A stretch of DNA of 57,744 bases, taken from the IMG/VR virus record IMGVR_UViG_3300020247_000249; one strand, 5' to 3'. Positions 44,263 to 53,612 of this stretch are shown one piece after another. Position 1 is the stretch's first letter; each line of letters begins with the position of its first letter. This stretch comes from an uncultured virus (IMG/VR IMGVR_UViG_3300020247_000249). Taxonomy: Duplodnaviria > Heunggongvirae > Uroviricota > Caudoviricetes. The position numbers were made by a program, and so were the translations under genes. The notes beneath the pieces are model-generated. The model searched no databases. It worked only from the letters and a program-made list of their open reading frames with translations, and was not told where the DNA came from.

Positions 44263-46932
44263 ATGAGTTACGTAGACGCTTTCTATGATAGAGGGCAAGA
44301 CACCATCAACGTTGTTGAACGTGACGATAAAGGCAAACGTCATTATCGAGAATACAATCCCAGACATATTTTTTATTACGAGGATCCTAGAGGAAAATAT
44401 AAATCCATCTATGGCAAACCATTATCAAGGGTAACTTGTAAAAACATCAAAGAACTTCGTAAAGAACTTGCTATTCACAGCAACAAAAAACTTTATGAGA
44501 GCGACATCAATCCAATTTATAGAATGCTTGAGGACAACTATCTCAATCAAGACGCACCTAAACTAAACGTTGCGTTTTTTGATATTGAGGTTGACTTTGA
44601 TCCTGAGCGAGGTTATGCATCTCCTGAAGATGCTTTTATGCCTATTACTTCAATTGCTGTATACATGCAGTGGATGGAAACAATGGTATGTCTTGCTATT
44701 CCGCCTAAGACACTTTCAATGGAAGAAGCAAAGAAAACTATTGAAGGCATTGACAATGTTGTGCTGTTTGAAAAAGAAAGCGAAATGCTAGATGCATTTT
44801 TAGATCTTATACAAGATGCTGATGTACTAAGTGGCTGGAACAGCGAAGGATTTGATATTCCGTACACAGTTAATAGAATTACAAAAACGTTAAGCAAAGA
44901 AGATACAAAAAGATTATGTCTTTGGAATCAGTATCCTAAAAAACGTGAGTATGAAAAGTTTGGTAAAACATCTGTTACATATGATTTAATTGGTAGAGTG
45001 CATGTTGACTCACTAGAACTTTATAGAAAATATAACTACGAAGAACGTCATACATATCGACTTGATGCTATTGGCGAACTAGAAGTTGGCGAAACAAAAA
45101 CAGTTTATGAAGGTTCTCTTGATTCACTTTACAACAACGACTTTAGAACATTTATTGAATATAACATTCAAGATACTGCACTACTTGACAAACTAGATAA
45201 GAAACTTAAATTTATTGATCTTGCTAATACTGTTGCACATGAGAATACAGTTCTTATTCAAACTACTATGGGTGCTGTTGCTGTTACAGAACAAGGTATT
45301 ATTAACGAAGCACACAGACGTGGGTTTATTGTTCCTAACAGAGTAAGACGTGAACCAGGTAGTGAGCCTGCGGCAGGTGCTTATGTTGCATATCCTAAGA
45401 AAGGTATTCATGAATGGATTGGTAGTGTTGACTTGAATTCACTGTATCCATCTGTTATTAGAGCTTTGAATATGGGTCCTGAAACAATTGTAGGACAACT
45501 AAGACAAGACGGAACAAAAGCACGTATTGAAGGCGAAATGGCAAAAGGTAAAAGTTTTGCAAATGCTTGGGAAGGACAATTTGGTTCTGTTGAGTTTGAC
45601 TCTGTTATGGAACGTGAAGTAGGTAGGCAGATTACTATCGACTGGGAAGACAGCGACAAAAGCGATACAATTAGTGCGGCACAAGTATATGATTTAATCT
45701 TTGAAAGCAATCAGCCTTGGATGCTAAGTGCTAATGGTACCATCTTTACATATGAAAAAGAAGGTGTTATTCCTGGACTGCTAAAACGTTGGTATAAAGA
45801 ACGTAAAGAAATGCAGGCAAAGATGCGTGATGCAATCAAAGCAAAGAATCCTATCGAAGAAGAGTACTGGGCAAAAAGACAACTTGTTAAAAAGATTCTA
45901 CTTAACAGTTTGTATGGTGCTATTCTTAATCCAGGTTGTAGATTCTTTGATAACCGTATTGGACAGTCAACTACACTTACAGGTAGACAGATTGTTAAGC
46001 ATATGAGTGCAAAGGTTAATGAGATTATTACAGGCGAGTACAACCATACAGGTAAGTCAATTGTGTATGGTGATACTGATTCATCTTACTTTAGTGCATA
46101 CAGTACGTTAAAAGAAGAGATTGATAAAGGAAACATTCCTTGGGATAAAGATAGTGTTATGGCATTGTATGATCAAATCTGCGATGAAGCAAATACTACG
46201 TTTCCTAAGTTTATGGCTGAAACTTTCCATTGTCCTAAAAGCAGATCAGATGTTATTGCGGCAGCAAGAGAGATTGTTGCAAGTAAAGGTCTGTTTATTA
46301 CAAAGAAAAGATATGCAGTTCTGTACTATGACGTAGAAGGTAAGCGTGTAGATACTGAAGGAAAGCCAGGTAAGATCAAAGCAATGGGTTTAGACTTGAA
46401 ACGTTCTGATACTCCTGTTGTTATTCAAGACTTTTTGAGTAATGTATTAGAAATGGTACTAGCAGGTAAAGAACAACAAGACGTACTAGATTACATTACA
46501 GAATTTAGAACTGAATTTAAAACAAGACCTGGTTGGGAGAAAGGTAGTCCGAAACGTGCAAACAAGATTACTGAGTACGGCAACAAAGAAAAGAAACAAG
46601 GTAAAGCAAATATGCCTGGACATGTTCGTGCAAGTATTAATTGGAATACCTTAAAGCGTATGGAAGATGACAAATATTCCATAACTATTACAGATGGTGC
46701 GAAAGTAATTGTTTGTAAAGTTAAAGATAACCCTATGGGATTCACTAGTGTTGCGTATCCTGTAGATGAATTACGTTTGCCAGAATGGTTTAAAAAACTG
46801 CCTTTCAACGATGCTGAAATGGAAAATTCAGTAATTGATGAAAAGCTAGGTAACCTTATTGGTGTGTTAGAGTGGGATATCAGCTCTACAAGAAGTGATA
46901 ACAACTTTAACAAATTGTTTGATTTTGATTAA
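44263..46932 (+). CDS. DNA polymerase family B (gp43-like)
   Basis: FFDIE exonuclease motif, GWNSEGFDIPY, DLNSLYPS, KILLNSLYG, YGDTDS, KKRYA. Confidence 0.97.
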   Translation: MSYVDAFYDRGQDTINVVERDDKGKRHYREYNPRHIFYYEDPRGKYKSIYGKPLSRVTCKNIKELRKELAIHSNKKLYESDINPIYRMLEDNYLNQDAPKLNVAFFDIEVDFDPERGYASPEDAFMPITSIAVYMQWMETMVCLAIPPKTLSMEEAKKTIEGIDNVVLFEKESEMLDAFLDLIQDADVLSGWNSEGFDIPYTVNRITKTLSKEDTKRLCLWNQYPKKREYEKFGKTSVTYDLIGRVHVDSLELYRKYNYEERHTYRLDAIGELEVGETKTVYEGSLDSLYNNDFRTFIEYNIQDTALLDKLDKKLKFIDLANTVAHENTVLIQTTMGAVAVTEQGIINEAHRRGFIVPNRVRREPGSEPAAGAYVAYPKKGIHEWIGSVDLNSLYPSVIRALNMGPETIVGQLRQDGTKARIEGEMAKGKSFANAWEGQFGSVEFDSVMEREVGRQITIDWEDSDKSDTISAAQVYDLIFESNQPWMLSANGTIFTYEKEGVIPGLLKRWYKERKEMQAKMRDAIKAKNPIEEEYWAKRQLVKKILLNSLYGAILNPGCRFFDNRIGQSTTLTGRQIVKHMSAKVNEIITGEYNHTGKSIVYGDTDSSYFSAYSTLKEEIDKGNIPWDKDSVMALYDQICDEANTTFPKFMAETFHCPKSRSDVIAAAREIVASKGLFITKKRYAVLYYDVEGKRVDTEGKPGKIKAMGLDLKRSDTPVVIQDFLSNVLEMVLAGKEQQDVLDYITEFRTEFKTRPGWEKGSPKRANKITEYGNKEKKQGKANMPGHVRASINWNTLKRMEDDKYSITITDGAKVIVCKVKDNPMGFTSVAYPVDELRLPEWFKKLPFNDAEMENSVIDEKLGNLIGVLEWDISSTRSDNNFNKLFDFD

Positions 46933-47005
46933 ATTGGTTAAAAAAATTCTTGCAATTAAACAAAAACCTAAATATAATGTATATTAACAAACGGAGAACT
47001 CTATA

Positions 47006-47743
47006 ATGAAAGACATTCTAAAAGATATTGTGGAACATACACAAAACTTGGGCTTTCTTACAACTGTAAAGATTACAGGCGAAGAAGGTTCAACTACTAT
47101 GTTTTCAATGGCTGATGACAGATCAGTTATAATGGAAGCAACTACACATAATCCTTATCCGGATATGATTGGCGTATTTGGTATGCCGCAGTTGCAAAAA
47201 CTAAAATATTTACTTGACGGTAGTGAGTATCAAAAAGATGCTGTAATTACTGTAAAGTCAGGTGAACGCAATGGTGCAACTATTCCTACAGGATTAGAAT
47301 TTGTAAACAAAGACGCAGACTTTAAAAACACTTATCAGTTTATGCTTACAGAACACATCAACGAAAAGATGAAAACTGTTAAGTTTAGAGGTGTTAACTG
47401 GGACGTAGAAGTAAGTCCTTCACTTCCAGCAGTACAGCGTTTTAATTTCCAAGCAGGCGCTAACAGCGAACATCCTACATTCTTAGCAAAGACTGACGGT
47501 ACTAACTTAAAGTTTATCTTTGGTGATGCATCATCACATGGTGGTGAGTTTGTATTTGCACAAGATGTTGAAGGAACATTAGACAGAGGCTGGACATGGC
47601 CTGTAGCAAGTGTACTTGCAATCTTAAAAATTGCAGATGTTAACAACACTAAGATGAGCTTGAGTAATGAAGGTGCTATTCAAATTGAATTAGACAGCGG
47701 ACTTGCTTCATACAAATATATCATTCCAGCACAGGCGGCCTAA
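47006..47743 (+). CDS. Probable DNA sliding clamp (gp45/PCNA-like)
   Basis: 245 aa, adjacent to the polymerase; two-domain beta/alpha pattern ending YKYIIPA; clamp loader present in window. Confidence 0.65.
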   Translation: MKDILKDIVEHTQNLGFLTTVKITGEEGSTTMFSMADDRSVIMEATTHNPYPDMIGVFGMPQLQKLKYLLDGSEYQKDAVITVKSGERNGATIPTGLEFVNKDADFKNTYQFMLTEHINEKMKTVKFRGVNWDVEVSPSLPAVQRFNFQAGANSEHPTFLAKTDGTNLKFIFGDASSHGGEFVFAQDVEGTLDRGWTWPVASVLAILKIADVNNTKMSLSNEGAIQIELDSGLASYKYIIPAQAA

Positions 47744-47746
47744 ATA
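47741..47746 (+). promoter_or_regulatory. Late promoter TAAATA, leaderless, for dpdA-like gene
   Basis: TAAATA-ATATT-ATG(47752). Confidence 0.6.
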
Positions 47747-47751
47747 ATATT

Positions 47752-49296
47752 ATGAAACCAGTCAACTTAACACCATTACAAAAGGACTATGCTGTGTATC
47801 TACCAGCGATTAGTTCTTTCTTTAGCACATATATTGCTAAACAGAGGCAAGGAGAGTTTGTTCCGAACGATCGTATTCCTAAAGGATTTGATCGTGGAAT
47901 AGAAGGTATGAACTTCCTTAATGCAGACGCAGGATACTACACATACAAATATGGTTTGTATTCCGCAGGTCACGCACAATTAAACTTAGAAAAGACTATG
48001 ACACAAGATGCCATGGTCCAAGAACGTGATAGAAATAACACTATGATACTAGGTGACTCGGGTGGTTATCAGGTTGGTAAAGGTGTTCTTAAATTTGATT
48101 GGTTAAACTTTGAAGGTGCTGCCGCAAACAAAACACGTGATGATATTCTTAATTGGCTAGAGCTTACAGCAGATTGGTCAATGCTACTTGATGTTCCGAC
48201 TTGGGCTTGTGATCATATTCATGCTCCTAAAACAGGACTTAAAAGTTTTGAAGATTGCTTAGACAAGACACGTTACAATAACAAGTATTGGTTAGAACGT
48301 AGACTTGGTGCTACAAAGTTCTTAAACGTTTTACAAGGATCAGACTGGGATACTGCTGAGAAGTGGTACGAAGGTGTTAAAGAGTTCTCCGATCCAAACG
48401 TTTGGGGCGATAAAGCATGTGAAGGTTGGGCAATGGGCGGTGCTAATATGTGCAAGATGCCTATTACATTACGTAGGTTAATGACTTTGAAATTTGATGG
48501 TATGTTAGAAGGCAAGGACTGGATGCACTTCTTAGGTACTGCACAACTTGATTGGTCATGTTACTTAACTAGTATTCAAAGACAAGTACGTAAACACATC
48601 AACGAAAACTTTACAGTAAGTTTTGACTGTGCTAGTCCGTTTATTGCAACTGCACACGGTCTTGTGTATACAAATGCACAACACACAGCAAAGCGTTGGT
48701 CAGTGATTATGGACAAGGCTCCAGATAATAAAGCACTTGCTAATCAACATGATATTCCATTTCCATTCGAAAGTGAAATTGGTAGACGTTTATCTATTGC
48801 TGACATTTGTCATTATGCTCCTGGCATGTTGAACAAGATTGGTAAAGAAGGTAAAACTAGTTGGGATAGTTTTGGTTATGCATTAATGATGGCACATAAT
48901 GTTTACTGTCACATTGTAGCAGTACAACGTGCTAATCAACTTACTGACATTGAAATTAAGAAAGTAAGACCAGATTGGAGACTATGGCGTAAAGTTAAAG
49001 ACGCAGATAAGAGTGATGAATATTCGGAATGGGTACCACGTAACATTTTGTACTTCGATCGTTTTATTGAAGAACTGTTCGAACAACCTACTAAAGAGGC
49101 AGCGTTTGCAATGATTAAAGAAGCAGACAGTTTCCTTAAAAACTTAGAAGGTGCAAGACTACGTGGAGGTGTTACAAACATTTCGAATTCGTTGTTCGTT
49201 GAAGTTGATGATGAAGGTAAAGAAGAAACTCCATGGACTGACGACAGAGAAGACACTGAACTAGATAAACTAGAAAGTGAACTAACGGAGGCATAA
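47752..49296 (+). CDS. dpdA: TGT-family transglycosylase, likely DNA 7-deazaguanine inserting enzyme (DpdA-like)
   Basis: ILGDSGGYQ, MLLDVP, NVLQG, GWAMGG, MHFLG, SFDCASP, MAHN; clustered with folE/queE/queD. Confidence 0.8.
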   Translation: MKPVNLTPLQKDYAVYLPAISSFFSTYIAKQRQGEFVPNDRIPKGFDRGIEGMNFLNADAGYYTYKYGLYSAGHAQLNLEKTMTQDAMVQERDRNNTMILGDSGGYQVGKGVLKFDWLNFEGAAANKTRDDILNWLELTADWSMLLDVPTWACDHIHAPKTGLKSFEDCLDKTRYNNKYWLERRLGATKFLNVLQGSDWDTAEKWYEGVKEFSDPNVWGDKACEGWAMGGANMCKMPITLRRLMTLKFDGMLEGKDWMHFLGTAQLDWSCYLTSIQRQVRKHINENFTVSFDCASPFIATAHGLVYTNAQHTAKRWSVIMDKAPDNKALANQHDIPFPFESEIGRRLSIADICHYAPGMLNKIGKEGKTSWDSFGYALMMAHNVYCHIVAVQRANQLTDIEIKKVRPDWRLWRKVKDADKSDEYSEWVPRNILYFDRFIEELFEQPTKEAAFAMIKEADSFLKNLEGARLRGGVTNISNSLFVEVDDEGKEETPWTDDREDTELDKLESELTEA

Positions 49297-49578
49297 ATGA
49301 AGAAACTAGTAACAATAGTTGCAGCAATTATGTTTGCAACAATAGCACAGGCAAATGATAATCCAATTATCAAGAATGTTGAAGGCGCAAAAGACTTTGC
49401 GGTAAACAACAAGGTATCACAGTTTGTTATTCAAGAATATAACGATACTGTAGCATATCAAAAAGATAGTTGGCAACAGGGTAAAGACCAACTTGCAGAT
49501 AATAAAGAACAAATTGTTGGTATCTTTAATAACGTCAAAGGTGCATTTACGCACTACTTTGGTAACGAAAGTCAATAG
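49297..49578 (+). CDS. Secreted/periplasmic hypothetical protein
   Basis: Signal peptide MKKLVTIVAAIMFATIAQA; SD GGAGG. Confidence 0.75.
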   Translation: MKKLVTIVAAIMFATIAQANDNPIIKNVEGAKDFAVNNKVSQFVIQEYNDTVAYQKDSWQQGKDQLADNKEQIVGIFNNVKGAFTHYFGNESQ

Positions 49579-49587
49579 GAAGTAATT

Positions 49588-50112
49588 ATGAAAAGGTCAT
49601 ACAAACAAGGCACAAGCAGTGACGCAACATATTTTGTTGGTGTTGAAGTAGAACATACTCCTGCATATGGTAGGAAAACATTGTTCGTAACAGGACTTCA
49701 AAGCGTTGATGAAATTGCCAGCCAGTATTCAAAGAACGATTGCGAACATATCTTCTTTGGTGCAAACCACAGTTTTCAACCAAGTCAAGATTCAGACTAC
49801 GGTGAGTGGGAGGCTATGATCGAACCATTCCTAGATGATGACATTTGTTGCACTTTGGACATTCCAATTGCAAATGCGGAAGATATGCTTGAAAGTTCTT
49901 TAATTGAATTTGACAACTTTATTCCGCAACTGCGTGTACCTATTCCTTATATTGAACAGTTTGGGTACAATGCTACAATTAAAATTGATGACAAAGATTT
50001 TAAAGCAACAAATCCAGGTGTTTGGACACACAGTATACACGAACTAATGGACCGTTCAAAATTTACACCTTGGCGTGAATATGAAAATGATGATATCGTA
50101 GATAATGATTGA
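49588..50112 (+). CDS. Hypothetical protein in deazaguanine cluster
   Basis: GVEVEHTPAYGRKTLFV, HIFFGANHSF, KIDDKDFKATNPGVW. Confidence 0.8.
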   Translation: MKRSYKQGTSSDATYFVGVEVEHTPAYGRKTLFVTGLQSVDEIASQYSKNDCEHIFFGANHSFQPSQDSDYGEWEAMIEPFLDDDICCTLDIPIANAEDMLESSLIEFDNFIPQLRVPIPYIEQFGYNATIKIDDKDFKATNPGVWTHSIHELMDRSKFTPWREYENDDIVDND

Positions 50113-50137
50113 CACTAGAATTAAAGGGTGCTATAAT
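50109..50137 (+). promoter_or_regulatory. Sigma70 promoter with extended -10
   Basis: TTGACA-N17-TATAAT with TGC before the -10. Confidence 0.7.
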
Positions 50138-50597
50138 GAAACAAGAACGTTATTACGACTACATGGGGCGTAGAATGAGAGAAGAAGATATGAAACAAGG
50201 TAAAGAAAACGCATTGCAAAACGCAAAGCGAATGATTTGGGTAACCTTTACAAAAGAAGGTATCCACAAGTATCCTGCGGCACTAGATGATCCTAGTCTT
50301 GCAACAGGTGATGAATATGATGTAAGTTTTTTGGGTTATCCACACAGACACATATTCCATTTTAAAGTAGGTATCGCTGTAACACACAATGACAGAGATA
50401 TTGAGTTTATTCAGTTTAAACGTTGGATGGAGAAGTTATACGCAGAAAAAACATTAGAACTTGACTATAAGTCCTGTGAAATGATGTCAGATGATTTGTG
50501 GCATCAAATTACAAACAAATATCCCGGACGTGAAGTCCACATCGATGTCTCCGAAGATGGAGAGAACGGTGCCCACATTGAGTATGCTAGTTATTAA
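50136..50597 (+). CDS. dpdL: QueD-paralogous T-fold protein, DpdL-like (CDG decarboxylase candidate)
   Basis: LGYPHRHIF (LxxxHRHxF), DRDIEFI, SCEM, VSEDGENG; start uncertain. Confidence 0.72.
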   Translation: MKQERYYDYMGRRMREEDMKQGKENALQNAKRMIWVTFTKEGIHKYPAALDDPSLATGDEYDVSFLGYPHRHIFHFKVGIAVTHNDRDIEFIQFKRWMEKLYAEKTLELDYKSCEMMSDDLWHQITNKYPGREVHIDVSEDGENGAHIEYASY

Positions 50598-50609
50598 AGG
50601 AGACCTAAA

Positions 50610-50810
50610 ATGGGTTACTGGCAAGACCGCCCTGAGGTGGTTAAGATCTTCAATGATCTTGACTTGTATAGAGACTTTTGTCGTTACAACGGCTTTAAGT
50701 TTAATGAAAAAGATCTCTATAAAAAAGAGAGTCGCGCATGGAGGGCTTTCGAGAATCGCAACAATCATAAGAGGGCGTTTCGAAACAAATTTAACAAACG
50801 GAGAAACTAG
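50610..50810 (+). CDS. Small basic hypothetical protein
   Basis: SD AGGAG; DLDLYRDFCRYNGFKFNEKDLY. Confidence 0.75.
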   Translation: MGYWQDRPEVVKIFNDLDLYRDFCRYNGFKFNEKDLYKKESRAWRAFENRNNHKRAFRNKFNKRRN

Positions 50811-51851
50811 ATGAAAATATGGCTTGTTGACTTAGAAGCAGTCGAAACACGTTACACTAAGCAGTGGAAAACTGAATTTCCTAAACTGCTAAAAGCCAAC
50901 GGTCATGACGTTCATGTAGTTAACGGAGGAGATACGCCTCAGGCTACAACACCTGGGGCGTTTCTTAACTTTGGCGGAACTAATGTTTATAAAAGTAAAC
51001 AACTAGAGCAAATTGCAGAGGCGTTTTGTAATGGAGAAGTTAAGGACGGCGATTATTTTCTGTACACTGATGCCTGGAATCCTACAGTGGTACAATTACG
51101 CTACATGGCAGAACTATTGGGTATTAACATTCGCATTGGTGGTATGTGGCATGCTGGTAGTTATGATCCACAAGATTTTTTAGGCAGACTAATAGGTGAT
51201 AAGCCTTGGGTTAGAAATGCAGAACGTAGTATGTTTGAATGTTATGATCATAATTATTTTGCAACAGAGTTTCATATAGATATGTTCTTTCAATCATTTC
51301 CAGAACTAGATAGATCTAAAGTTGTACAAACTGGTTGGCCATTTCATTATATGGATAGTACATTAACTATGTACAAAGGAATGCCAAAGCGTGACTTAAT
51401 TTTATTCCCTCATAGGATTGCTCCTGAAAAGCAAGTTGAAATATTCCGTGATCTTGCTGATCAACTTCCACAATATGAATGGGTAGTTTGTCAAGAACGT
51501 GAACTATCAAAGAACGAATATCACAACTTACTAGGAGAAGCAAAACTTGTGTTTAGTGCTAACTTGCAAGAAACACTAGGTATTAGTTGGTATGAAGGTG
51601 CTCTTGTTGGAGCATTGCCTATGGTACCAGACAGATTAAGTTATACTGAAATGGGTTTGCTGCCTTTCAAATATCCTAGTAATTGGACAATAGATTGGAA
51701 AACCTATATTTCCAATAGAGAGGCTGTGAAAGAACGTGTAATTGACTATATGGAAAATTACAAAAGTTTTCTTCCTAGCCTAAATAAACAAGTAGAAACA
51801 CTGAATGAAAAATATTTCAGTTGCAATGATCTACTAAAGGTGCTAAAATAA
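50811..51851 (+). CDS. GT-B glycosyltransferase (candidate DNA glycosyltransferase)
   Basis: ETRYTKQW, WHAGSYDP, FPHRIAPEK, QETLGISWYEG (EX7E-like), VPDRLSYTE. Confidence 0.85.
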   Translation: MKIWLVDLEAVETRYTKQWKTEFPKLLKANGHDVHVVNGGDTPQATTPGAFLNFGGTNVYKSKQLEQIAEAFCNGEVKDGDYFLYTDAWNPTVVQLRYMAELLGINIRIGGMWHAGSYDPQDFLGRLIGDKPWVRNAERSMFECYDHNYFATEFHIDMFFQSFPELDRSKVVQTGWPFHYMDSTLTMYKGMPKRDLILFPHRIAPEKQVEIFRDLADQLPQYEWVVCQERELSKNEYHNLLGEAKLVFSANLQETLGISWYEGALVGALPMVPDRLSYTEMGLLPFKYPSNWTIDWKTYISNREAVKERVIDYMENYKSFLPSLNKQVETLNEKYFSCNDLLKVLK

Positions 51852-51889
51852 TATTATTAAAAAGGCAATCCACTGCCTAAACATCGGAG
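51821..51889 (+). promoter_or_regulatory. folE promoter and compact hairpin/pseudoknot leader
   Basis: TTGCAA-N17-TAAAAT (extended -10); AGGCA-ATCCAC-TGCCT hairpin; loop TCC is complementary to SD GGA. Confidence 0.5.
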
Positions 51890-51895
51890 AAATAA

Positions 51896-52579
51896 ATGGA
51901 AAAAGTAAAAGAAATTAAAAAACGCTTAGAAGAAGCAGGTCTTAGATATTGGGCGAATGACAATATCAGTGAAGTGCTTCAAGAAGGCGATAAACAACAA
52001 CTTATCGAAGAAGCAGTTCCTGCTTTTGAAAATGTGTTACAGCACTTGTTGATTGATACAAAAACAGATCCTAACAGTCAAGATACTGCAAGGCGTATGG
52101 CAAAGATGTACATCAATGAAATTATGAGTGGACGTTATAATCCAATGCCTAACCCAAGTAGTTTTCCTAACTACATCGAAGATGGTTATGAAGGTATGCT
52201 AGTTGTACGTAGTGAACTTACAAGTTTGTGTTCACATCATCATCAGACTGTTAAAGGTGTAGCATACATTGGTATTATTGCTGGTCCTAAGTTACTTGGT
52301 CTTAGCAAATACACAAGGATTGCACAATGGTGTGCTATGCGTGGAACACTACAAGAAGAACTAAATGTTATGATTGCAAACGCAATACAAAAAGAAACAG
52401 GCAGTGAAAATGTAGGTGTCTATGTACAAGCAACACATGGTTGTTGCGAAAACAGAGGTATTAGAGCTCATAGCAGTTTAACACAAACAACTGTATTACG
52501 TGGTGCATTTAAAAATGATCCTGCAACTAAGAAAGAGTTTATGGATAATGTTAAACTGCAACAACAGTTTGCTTGTTAA
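51896..52579 (+). CDS. folE: GTP cyclohydrolase I
   Basis: DTARRMAKMY, SLCSHHH, LGLSKYTR, LQEEL, ATHGCCENRG. Confidence 0.95.
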   Translation: MEKVKEIKKRLEEAGLRYWANDNISEVLQEGDKQQLIEEAVPAFENVLQHLLIDTKTDPNSQDTARRMAKMYINEIMSGRYNPMPNPSSFPNYIEDGYEGMLVVRSELTSLCSHHHQTVKGVAYIGIIAGPKLLGLSKYTRIAQWCAMRGTLQEELNVMIANAIQKETGSENVGVYVQATHGCCENRGIRAHSSLTQTTVLRGAFKNDPATKKEFMDNVKLQQQFAC

Positions 52580-52587
52580 GGAGTAGT

Positions 52588-52803
52588 ATGCCAATACCAG
52601 AAAAAATAATAGTTCCAGCAAATAGAGATCCAGGTGATAATCATTTTGCTGTAAGTTTAGTAAAGAGTATATTTAGAATAGTCGGCTGTGGGTGTTTAAT
52701 TTACGGAGGCTATATGTTAGAACAATTTGGTTTGCTTTTTATAGCAGCCGGAGCAATCTTTGCCTTAGCAGAAGTGCTAGGCATTATAGAGGAGATAGTA
52801 TGA
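52588..52803 (+). CDS. Small membrane protein
   Basis: SD AGGAG; HFAVSLVKSIFRI...AEVLGIIEE. Confidence 0.75.
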   Translation: MPIPEKIIVPANRDPGDNHFAVSLVKSIFRIVGCGCLIYGGYMLEQFGLLFIAAGAIFALAEVLGIIEEIV

Positions 52804-53030
52804 ACATTCATAAGAAAAGAGTTTACAGTGTATCAGAGCCAAAGAAGCCTGAGGACTGCATGGCGCTTACTCCAGCAGAAGCACTTATGTATAATCTAAA
52901 AGGTATTAGATTAATTGACATGACTGAAAAGCATGGCATGACAGTGCAAAGACTAATGAATAGTCGAAAAGATACATCACATGAAAGGTATACTTATGGG
53001 ACCATATTCGGAAACAAAACAACTGCATAG
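52800..53030 (+). CDS. Hypothetical protein
   Basis: SD GGAG; ATGA overlap. Confidence 0.55.
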   Translation: MNIHKKRVYSVSEPKKPEDCMALTPAEALMYNLKGIRLIDMTEKHGMTVQRLMNSRKDTSHERYTYGTIFGNKTTA

Positions 53031-53196
53031 AATTAGCAATATTAAAAAGGTACTTGCTAATAAAATGTTGCCTGAAGATACTCGTAGGATTTGGGAAACT
53101 AAACTTAACAGTATTGCAGTTGACGAAGATGAGTATAACAAAAGAGTAACAGAAACTTTTAAAAATGTGAAGAGAGGTTATATTCACAAATGTTAA
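52996..53196 (+). CDS. Hypothetical protein
   Basis: ORF filling the gap; start 52981 or 52996. Confidence 0.6.
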   Translation: MGPYSETKQLHRISNIKKVLANKMLPEDTRRIWETKLNSIAVDEDEYNKRVTETFKNVKRGYIHKC

Positions 53197-53612
53197 CAAG
53201 GTTTTTAGAATGGGTTGGAAGAAAGCGTACTATCTATGATAGGACTGGTAGTATTCCTTATTTGGTTAGATACTATTTGTTTTTAAAAGACAGAAAAGAC
53301 TTTCCTTTTAATATTACACTACACAAAGTACTAGTAAGTGATGAACCTACACTACATGATCACCCATGGAGTTGGGGAGCATTAATTCTAAAAGGCGGCT
53401 ATTGGGAACATACACCAGAAGGTAAGTTTTGGCGTGGTCCTGGTAGTATACGTTTTAGAACAGCAAAAGATTTACATTGGTTAGAACTTGCAAAAGATAA
53501 AGATGGGAATGAAATTCCTTGTTGGAGCATTTTTTATATGGGTAAGAAAGCACAGCAATGGGGTTTTGTTAAGAATGGTAAGTGGATACATAACGAGGAA
53601 TACTTAAAATAA
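53190..53612 (+). CDS. Cupin-like protein
   Basis: YLVRYYL, LHDHPWSW, GGYWE, H.LEL. Confidence 0.8.
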   Translation: MLTRFLEWVGRKRTIYDRTGSIPYLVRYYLFLKDRKDFPFNITLHKVLVSDEPTLHDHPWSWGALILKGGYWEHTPEGKFWRGPGSIRFRTAKDLHWLELAKDKDGNEIPCWSIFYMGKKAQQWGFVKNGKWIHNEEYLK

